In this document: positions 57,160 to 64,000 of the stretch, piece by piece
How positions within the stretch are numbered: the first letter of the stretch is position 1
Layout of the letters: each line of letters opens with the position of its first letter
DNA from: an uncultured delta proteobacterium
GTDB taxonomy: Bacteria > Myxococcota > Kuafuiibacteriia > Kuafuiibacteriales > Kuafuiibacteriaceae
Assembly (NCBI GenBank): GCA_963803435.1
Contig: CAWDML010000008.1
Location: 544,001 to 608,000 of the forward strand
DNA: 64,000 nt
Direction of reading: 5' to 3'
The notes under the pieces: model-generated
Databases searched by the model: none
Told to the model about the DNA's origin: nothing
The model's input: only the letters and a program-made list of their open reading frames with translations
Position numbers and translations under genes: made by a program

Positions 57160-59592
57160 ATGCGAAAGAGTCGAAGAAGTTTACGCGGAGTGCTCGCTGT
57201 TGCGAGCTTCGCGATCGGAGCCGCTGGCTCCGCGTGTGGTGACGACCGTCCGCTCGAAGGGGGAACAGAGCAGACGACGTCCGAAGAATCTCTCTTGGTC
57301 CTGCCATCGGTCGCGCATGTCGTCGCGAGCGGAATCCCAGGCGCCGGCGCGATCGCGCAGATCGGTCCGTTTCATCGGGGGGGCCCGGTGCACGATCGCG
57401 CGGACTTCTCCGCCTTCGCCGAGCCTGGCCACGTGCTCAACGGCGAGCGCCTGCTGGTCGCGAGCACCTCGAACTTCGGTGCGCCGCTGGCGAGGCCCTC
57501 CGAGGCGCCAGGCTCGATCCTGTCGATCGATCCGAACCACGGGAGCCTCGCCGTGCCGGCCTCGTTCGCGAGCGGTGGGGGGCAAGCGGCCGCGCTCGGC
57601 GGTGCCGTACAGATCTATACTTCGCAGAGCCCGGCGTTCCTGAACAGCGTCAACAACCCCGGCGCAGTCACCGCGGATCTTCCCGCCGTCAGTCTCCCGC
57701 TCGGCATCTCGGTCAACAACGGCTTCGGTCGTCCCTGGTTCGCGAACGGTCCGGCGGGCGCCGGAGGTTACGGTACCATCACCGTGATCGATCCCAACGG
57801 GACGCCCCTCGTCGGTCCGCCGTCACCAGTGGCCGGCGGCGTCTTCGCGGGAGACCTCACGAACCGCAGCCCAGCGACGACGCACGGGCTGAGCAAGGCG
57901 GCGCTCGCGACCGCGCTGCTCACGAAGTCGCCGGATGGCACCGGGAAGGCGGTGTTCCTGGCCGCCCAGGCCGACGGCAGCGTGGTGCAGGTTCACGTCC
58001 AGCTGGGTCTCGACGGCCTCGCGCCGCCCGGATCGTTCACTCCGCTCACCGACGTCAGCGTCGCCGCCGCGGAGTCCAACAACGCGCACAAGGTCACGCG
58101 CGTGGGTATCGCGTTCAACTGGGTCCCGGCCGGCCAGAAGTTCGGCGTGTTCGTGACCGATCCGCTCGCCGATCGCATCATGGTGCTCGAGCTTCATGAC
58201 GACGGCGTGCTCTTGACCGCGAACCCTCCGCACTACCTCCACTCGTCGGCGTTCGATACGCCGGTCGACATCGCCTCCACCGTGCCCGAGTTCGTCGCCG
58301 GCAACTTCGCCAGCGCCACCACGATGGGCGCCGGGTCGGATCTCTACGTGCTCAACCGCGGCAACAACACCGTGGTCCGCATCCGGCAGAGCGGCCAGTT
58401 GGTGGGAGTCCGAGCGATCATCCCGAACGTTCCGATCCCCGGGATGCGCGTCGCCGGGATCGCCGTCTCTCCGGACGCGCAGACGATCTGGATCACCGCG
58501 ACGGCACCGGGACGAAAGGGCTACGTGCTCTCGATGAGTGCGTTCGGGGAGGGGCTGATCACCGCCAGCATGCTCGCGCACGCGAAGCACGCCGGGGCCG
58601 GCGACATGACCTCCTTCGGGGTCGACATCTTCTCGACCGACCTGCATCCGTTGCAGCTGCTCGGGCCGCTGTTCAACGGTCGCTCGTGCGCGGACTGCCA
58701 CAGCGATCCCTTCGCCGGCGGCATGAGCCCTCTCGCCAGCAGCGAGACCAAGGTGGCGCGGTCGATCAACGGTCACTTCGATCCGCTGCTCGGCCACGGT
58801 GGGCCGGTCGCACGCTCGCAGTCGATCCGTGATCTGGGATTCCCGTGCTCGCTGCCGACCGGAGTCCCCCCGCAGGCGAACGTGGTGTCGCCCCGACTCG
58901 CGATGACGCTCCGGGGAACGGCCCTGATCGACAACATCGACGACGAGGTGATCATCGCTACCCAGGCGGCGGAGCCACCGGCGGTGCGCGGGCGGATCAA
59001 CTTCCAGCCCGACGGCCGCCTGGGTCGCTTCGGCTGGAAGGCGCAGACGCCCACGCTCGTCGAGTTCATGGGCGACGCCTTCCGGACCGAGCTGGGCGTG
59101 ACGAATCCGCTTCAGCCCGAGGACTTCGTCAACGGTTGCGGCGCCGGCTTGCTCGGTCCCGAGATCGACGCCGTTCCGGTGCAAGCGGTGACGGCGTTCA
59201 TGGATACGCTCGATCCACCGGCGCCCAGCGCGGCCTGCCTGAGCTCGGCCGGCGCCGCCACCTTCTCCGCCATCGGGTGCGCCGACTGCCACAAGACGTC
59301 GATGCCCTCCGAGGGCATCCAGGCCTGGCTGTTCTCGGATCTCCTGCTCCACGACATGGGTCCTGGCCTCGCCGACGGCTACCTCGAGGTGCAGGCCGGG
59401 GGCAGCGAGTTCAGAACCATGCCGCTGTGGCGCGCGGCCGATCGCTCGCACTTCCTCCACGACGGGCGGGCGAGCACGATTGAGGCCGCGATCACCGCGC
59501 ACGGCGGTCAGGCGGGCCCGGCGCGCGCGGCGTTCGTGGGCCTGAGCGCGACGGACCGCCAGGCGCTTCTCGATTTCCTCGGCTGTATCTGA
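57160..59592 (+). CDS. Di-heme oxidoreductase (DHOR/DUF1111) family lipoprotein with an N-terminal beta-propeller
   Basis: GGAGG RBS; GSA-C; LGPLFNGRSCADCH, GRFGWKA, GCADCH, FSDLLLHDMG, FRTMPLW, FLHDGRA. Confidence 0.92.
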   Translation: MRKSRRSLRGVLAVASFAIGAAGSACGDDRPLEGGTEQTTSEESLLVLPSVAHVVASGIPGAGAIAQIGPFHRGGPVHDRADFSAFAEPGHVLNGERLLVASTSNFGAPLARPSEAPGSILSIDPNHGSLAVPASFASGGGQAAALGGAVQIYTSQSPAFLNSVNNPGAVTADLPAVSLPLGISVNNGFGRPWFANGPAGAGGYGTITVIDPNGTPLVGPPSPVAGGVFAGDLTNRSPATTHGLSKAALATALLTKSPDGTGKAVFLAAQADGSVVQVHVQLGLDGLAPPGSFTPLTDVSVAAAESNNAHKVTRVGIAFNWVPAGQKFGVFVTDPLADRIMVLELHDDGVLLTANPPHYLHSSAFDTPVDIASTVPEFVAGNFASATTMGAGSDLYVLNRGNNTVVRIRQSGQLVGVRAIIPNVPIPGMRVAGIAVSPDAQTIWITATAPGRKGYVLSMSAFGEGLITASMLAHAKHAGAGDMTSFGVDIFSTDLHPLQLLGPLFNGRSCADCHSDPFAGGMSPLASSETKVARSINGHFDPLLGHGGPVARSQSIRDLGFPCSLPTGVPPQANVVSPRLAMTLRGTALIDNIDDEVIIATQAAEPPAVRGRINFQPDGRLGRFGWKAQTPTLVEFMGDAFRTELGVTNPLQPEDFVNGCGAGLLGPEIDAVPVQAVTAFMDTLDPPAPSAACLSSAGAATFSAIGCADCHKTSMPSEGIQAWLFSDLLLHDMGPGLADGYLEVQAGGSEFRTMPLWRAADRSHFLHDGRASTIEAAITAHGGQAGPARAAFVGLSATDRQALLDFLGCI

Positions 59593-59606
59593 TCTCGGCG
59601 CGTCGG

Positions 59607-60955
59607 TCAGGTCCCCGTCGAGGTCGCCACCGGCAGGTCGGGTGACACGGTGAGCTCGTCGGGGATCGGATCGCCGTTCAACGCGCGCAGGAACTCCACC
59701 AGGTCGTTGATCTCCGCGTCGGACAGACCGAGCGGTGCGATCCGCGCATCGCGGTGGCCGACGAACCCGTCCGTTCCGGCCGCGGTGTTGTAGAACACCA
59801 CTACGTCCCACAGCGTCGGGATCGCGCCGGTGTGCATGTAGGGCGCGGTTTTGGCGACGCTGCGGAGCGAGGGCGTCTTGAAGGCGCCGCAGGTCGGATA
59901 GTCGCCGCAATCTCCGGGGAGCAGCTCGGACGGGATCGCCTGCAGGCTCTCGAAGTCCTGGGAGAGGAACTCCTTGTCGTCCGAGAAGTCGCCGACGCCG
60001 GTCAGCGGATCGGTGAGGACGCTGTTGATCCCCATGGCGCGCCCCGGGTCGACGCGCATCACGTAGTCACCGACCTGGGGCACTCCGATGTTGTGGAATT
60101 TTCGATCGCTGAAGGTGGGACCGTTGTGGCACTCGTCGCAGCCGGCGCGTCCGACGAACAGCCGCATGCCTTCGATGGCCTCGGGCGACATCGCCTCCAG
60201 GTCACCCATCATGAAGCGATCGAACGGCGCGTTCCAATCGTTGACGGTCCGCAGGTACGCCTCCACGGCCTTGCCGAAGTACGACAGGATCTCGAGCACC
60301 TGGGCCTTGTCCTCCGGCTGCATGTCGTCCCAGGCCGGCTGGCCGGGCTTGCCGTCGGGCGGGAAGCGGCTGAGGTCGGAGACGTCGGGCATCGCCACGC
60401 CGAAGACCGTCTCGTACTCGGCCCGGTAGAGCTCCTGCATCCGGTGCGCAGTCTTGAGGCGGGTCGACCCGAGCGCCCCCTCGATCGGCGCCGTCGATCC
60501 CCCCAGATCGTGTGCTTGCGACCGTCCAGGTGATTGAAGGTCAACCAGGCCATGTTGTACATCGTGGGAGAGTTTCGCGGCGTGAACTTGACGCCCAGGC
60601 TGGTGGCGTTGGGTCGCGACCGCGTGTCGGCGGCGCCGTTCTTCATGTCGTGGCACGATCGGCACGAAACCTTGTCGACCTCGCCCACCGCGCCTAGGCC
60701 TCCGCTCCCAGGATCCGCGGAGACCACCAGCGGTCCGGCGAACCGAGGATCGAAGAACAACTTCTGACCGAGCGCGGCGGCGGCCGGATCCTCCGCGAAC
60801 CGATTCGTGGGATCCGGTGGCCGGAGCGTGTCCGGCGTGAGCACGAACTCGAGGAGGTGCGACCTCTCTTCGGCGGTCAGATAGGCGGTCTTGTCGCAAC
60901 CTCCGGTCGGTACGAGCGCCAACGCACAGGTCAGGAACAATCGTGGGTGATTCAA
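59607..60955 (-). CDS. Di-heme cytochrome c peroxidase / MauG / MbnH-family lipoprotein; frameshift in a G-run at 60499-60503
   Basis: LGQKLFFDPRF, SCRSCH, RNSPT; the second frame carries AGCDECHNGPTFSD and GAFKTPSLRSVAKTAPYMHTG. Confidence 0.9.
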
Positions 60956-61078
60956 GAGTGCTCCCTGTCGCGATCGGGAGAGTGCTGGAAGTCGATCGTG
61001 ACGAGCGGAATCCTAGCGCACGACCGGCAGTGCGATTCCAGGGGCGCGCGTGTCCGCATTTCTGTCGTACAACGCCCG

Positions 61079-61096
61079 ACTGTCCTATCGGACAGT
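61079..61096. promoter_or_regulatory. Perfect palindrome ACTGTCC-TATC-GGACAGT
   Basis: In the divergent peroxidase/cupredoxin intergenic region. Confidence 0.5.
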
Positions 61097-61181
61097 GAGT
61101 GGTTGGGGGATGGATGTGGTTGATCGAGATCCTGCTCAGGTTTGTACGTCGTTCGAAGCTCTGGTATCGCTCTCTCTTCAG

Positions 61182-62090
61182 ATGTGCACGGTAGCGATGG
61201 TCTTGGCGATCCCACTCCTCGCCAGCGCGGCCTCGGGCGCTGACTCCGCAGACGAGGTTCAGGCGCTGAAGCGCGAGGTGGAGGCGCTTCGCAACGAGGT
61301 GGGGGCGCTGAGGTTCGCCGTCTTCGAGATGGGACGACTGAGTCGCCAGCAGGCGGACCTCGTCGACCAGGCGCTCCGATCCGCGGGGGGAGCGACCGAC
61401 GCCAAGGCGCCCGCCAACACGCCGCCGGACCCGCCCAGGAGACGCGGTCGCGACAAGCGAAACGCGCCTCCGACGGCCCCGTCGCTCAAGGAGCACGTCG
61501 ACCGGCCTCCTCCGAGCAGCGGGGGCACGATCATGGGAAAGGTCAGCGTTCCGTCGGGCGAGCCGGTCGCGTACGTCTACGTCGAGGACGTGCCCGCGGC
61601 GCTCGTGAGAGGAAAGAAGGTCGAGATCGATCAGGTGAACAAGACCTTCGCGCCGTCGTGGGCGGTCGTGGAGAAGGGCACCGAGGTCATCTTCACGAAC
61701 AGCGACAACATCTATCACAACGTCTTCTCGCGGAGCCGCGGCAACTCGTTCAATCTGGGGATGTATCGCAAGGGAGACGAGCCCAAGTCGCAGCGCTTCA
61801 TCAAGCCGGGGCCGGTCGACGTCTTCTGCAACATCCATCCGCGCATGGCGGTGAGCATCCTGGTGGTGCCGAACCGCTACTTCTCCAAGGTGCAATCCGA
61901 CGGCTCCTTCAGCATTCCCAACGTCCCGCCCGGACGACACAAGGTCGTCGCGTGGGCGCCGAGCTCGGCGATCGTGTCCGACGCCGTCCAGGTCTCCGGG
62001 GGCGAATCGGCGAGCGTCGAGCTCAAGCTCGTGAGCAAGAGCGGCGGCCACAGCAACAAGTTCGGACGGCCCTACGGTTCCTACCCGTGA
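61182..62090 (+). CDS. Exported cupredoxin-like protein with a carboxypeptidase-regulatory-like domain
   Basis: IDQVNKTFAP, F.NSDNIYHNVFS, VFCNIHPRM (type-1 Cu ligand pattern), DGSFSIPNVPPG. Confidence 0.85.
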   Translation: MCTVAMVLAIPLLASAASGADSADEVQALKREVEALRNEVGALRFAVFEMGRLSRQQADLVDQALRSAGGATDAKAPANTPPDPPRRRGRDKRNAPPTAPSLKEHVDRPPPSSGGTIMGKVSVPSGEPVAYVYVEDVPAALVRGKKVEIDQVNKTFAPSWAVVEKGTEVIFTNSDNIYHNVFSRSRGNSFNLGMYRKGDEPKSQRFIKPGPVDVFCNIHPRMAVSILVVPNRYFSKVQSDGSFSIPNVPPGRHKVVAWAPSSAIVSDAVQVSGGESASVELKLVSKSGGHSNKFGRPYGSYP

Positions 62091-62743
62091 AGAGAGCCCT
62101 CCTGTTGATCACCATCGCCGCGTGCTCCGCGCCGAGAAGCGCGCGCACGATCGAGCCGACAATCGAGCCCTCCGTGCCGAGGGGAATGAACGGTGACACG
62201 GACTTCATCCTGTCTCGCGAACCCAAGGTCAACACCGCGACGGTGCGCGCAGACTTCCCCATCCATCTCGAAGACAAGTGGTGGCCGTTCCGCTCGGAGT
62301 ATCTCGGCGTCTCGATCGCGGACGCCCGGGCGCGCGACGCCAGGATCTCGAGCTGGCCTCCCGAGAACTTCTGGGACGAGCAGACGGCGATCGAGGCCGT
62401 CTCGATCTGGTCCGCGCTCTGCAACGAGTGCCACGGCGGTCGCCGCAAGCTGAAGGACGCGCTCGACATGCCTCCCCCGCCCCCCGGCTGGGGCGTGGGC
62501 GACGGGCTGTTCTTCGGCCGCTCCCGACCGTACGCGGAGATCTTCAAGATCGTCTTCAACGGTGGACCGGAGCGGGACGGCAAGCCGTCGGAGATGCCGA
62601 ACTGGGGCGTGCGCATCTCGCGGGAACAGATCTGGTCCTTGATCTACTTCATCTGGTTCCAGTCGGGCGGCGTGACCGGCAATTTCCCTCCGAGCCTCCA
62701 TCCGCGCGTTCCTGACGTGATCGCCCCCGAGAAGACACATTAG
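62087..62743 (+). CDS. Monoheme cytochrome c lipoprotein
   Basis: GTG start overlapping the previous stop; IAA-C; CNECH; MPNWG axial Met. Confidence 0.85.
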   Translation: MKRALLLITIAACSAPRSARTIEPTIEPSVPRGMNGDTDFILSREPKVNTATVRADFPIHLEDKWWPFRSEYLGVSIADARARDARISSWPPENFWDEQTAIEAVSIWSALCNECHGGRRKLKDALDMPPPPPGWGVGDGLFFGRSRPYAEIFKIVFNGGPERDGKPSEMPNWGVRISREQIWSLIYFIWFQSGGVTGNFPPSLHPRVPDVIAPEKTH

Positions 62744-62790
62744 AGACACGGAGAGGGGTCGGCGCTAACCTGCGTGCCCGGCAGCGCCGG

Positions 62791-64000
62791 ATGACCCCGC
62801 TCGGAAGAAGACTCTACAAGCTCAGCTTTCTCTCGGGCTTGTTCCTGACCGCCCCTCTGCTCGTCGGAACGCTCTGGTATGCCTGGTCCGCCTACGCGAA
62901 CCTCGACCGCTACCGGCGCGCCTTCGACGCGGCACATCCGCAGGCGATCGATCCGGAGCTCTTCCAGATCGCGCTCCACGATCAGCTGATGTCGGACGTG
63001 CGGCGGCTCCGCCAGCCGGAGCGACCCGCCCACGGACAGCTCCCGACGTTCTCCCTCTCCCTGTCCCGCGACAGCCTCGACGAGCTCTCGAAGGCCTCGC
63101 ACTACGGGAAGGGGCTCCTCGAGAAGGACGGGCGTGTGCACGAGGTCAGCGTCCGCTATCGCGGCGACCAGCCCTGGCACGTGGTCGGAGAGCAGAAGTC
63201 GCTCAAGATCCGTCTCTCTCGCGGCGATCTGGTCGACGGCGTGCGCATCTTCAACCTGCTGAACGATCCGACGCCCTTCGGTCTCGAGGATCAGATCATC
63301 CTCGATCTCGCCCGCGAACAGGGGCTCCTCACCCCCGAATATCACCCGGTGCGCCTTCGCGTGAACAACCACGACATGGGCGTCTATCGCTTCGAGGCTC
63401 AGCCGGACGAGACGCTGCTGCGCCGGGGCCGCCGAACCCCCGGCAACATGTATTCGGGGGACACCGACGAACGCGGGACTTCGCTGTTCGCGAGCACCGA
63501 GGGCTGGCAGAAGATCGCCTCGCGAACGGTCGCCGAGAAGGACGAGCACCCCGAGCTCGATCGGCTGATCGGCGCCGTGAATGACGCCTCCCATCGCGCG
63601 TTCGCCGAGTATGCCCGGGACGAGCTCGACCTCGATCGTTACGCGACCTTCGATGCGCTCGACGTCATCTTCTGCGGCAGCGAGCACGACTACTTCTCCA
63701 ACCACAAGCTCTACGCGGATCCGTATCGGGGGCGGCTCGAGCCCGTCGCCTGGAGCTTCCGCGGCTTCCAGCACGAAGACACCTTCAACGTCATCGACCA
63801 CCCGCTTCTGATCCGGCTCAAGATGACGCCCGGATATCTCGCCCTCCGCGACCGGGCCGTGTACCGCCTGCTCACCGGAAGGGCCTCGGTGCCCGCGATC
63901 CGGGAGCGCGTCGACCGTGCGGTGGGCCCGCTCGCCCCCGAGCTCGCCGCCGATCCCTACTGGGACGCGTACAAGCAGCTGCCCCGGGTCTCGCGCTTTC
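62791..64000 (+). CDS. CotH-kinase-family protein, partial (runs off the window end)
   Basis: Manual translation MTPLGRRLYKLSFLSGLFL...VSVRYRGD...QKSLKIRL...LRVNNHDMGVY...HDYFSNHKLYADP...LEPVAW; no stop before 64000. Confidence 0.82.
   Translation, partial: MTPLGRRLYKLSFLSGLFLTAPLLVGTLWYAWSAYANLDRYRRAFDAAHPQAIDPELFQIALHDQLMSDVRRLRQPERPAHGQLPTFSLSLSRDSLDELSKASHYGKGLLEKDGRVHEVSVRYRGDQPWHVVGEQKSLKIRLSRGDLVDGVRIFNLLNDPTPFGLEDQIILDLAREQGLLTPEYHPVRLRVNNHDMGVYRFEAQPDETLLRRGRRTPGNMYSGDTDERGTSLFASTEGWQKIASRTVAEKDEHPELDRLIGAVNDASHRAFAEYARDELDLDRYATFDALDVIFCGSEHDYFSNHKLYADPYRGRLEPVAWSFRGFQHEDTFNVIDHPLLIRLKMTPGYLALRDRAVYRLLTGRASVPAIRERVDRAVGPLAPELAADPYWDAYKQLPRVSRF

Noticed and set aside
59607-62051. 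814-aa minus-strand ORF as a single protein
   Set aside because: Only the last ~300 aa are real (peroxidase C-terminal half); the rest is antisense to the cupredoxin gene and out of frame with the true N-terminus at 60955.

Overview
A 64-kb window of very GC-rich DNA (about 70% by eye) that looks like a Myxococcota/deltaproteobacterial chromosome. The evidence is four Hanks-type Ser/Thr kinases plus a pseudokinase, kinase-TPR gene pairs, a MYXO-CTERM-like tail, a Myxococcus Cys-rich repeat and many lipoproteins. No rRNA, tRNA or CRISPR array was seen. At least seven single-base frameshifts and one in-frame TAG suggest residual long-read or assembly error. Ordinary content: partial sseA, an MBOAT/SGNH pair, a DUF885 protein, a TetR-TolC-HlyD-ABC efflux operon, an ECF sigma factor next to a kinase, a large Ig/VWA lipoprotein and a partial CotH kinase. 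The most notable items are: (1) a cupin/MetRS-like fusion coupled to a DAO-type oxidase (19.1-22.2 kb), which is the architecture of N-N bond (hydrazine) synthetases, but with no lysine N-hydroxylase in the window; an ACAD-fold flavoprotein lies next to it and an SznF-like diiron-oxidase/cupin fusion lies at 43.3 kb; (2) three dispersed, divergent ~135-150 aa paralogues with a shared C-terminal motif, each beside a different signal-less, low-complexity or toxin-like protein, suggesting an unrecognised cargo/partner cassette system; (3) a ~985-bp CTAG-bounded IS1182-derived element with 70-bp inverted repeats carrying a four-helix-bundle gene; (4) a caleosin-like protein behind a DUF1795-like gene; (5) a periplasmic multi-heme cluster whose two divergent promoter regions share a palindrome. 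All family assignments come from motif recognition by eye; no searches were run.
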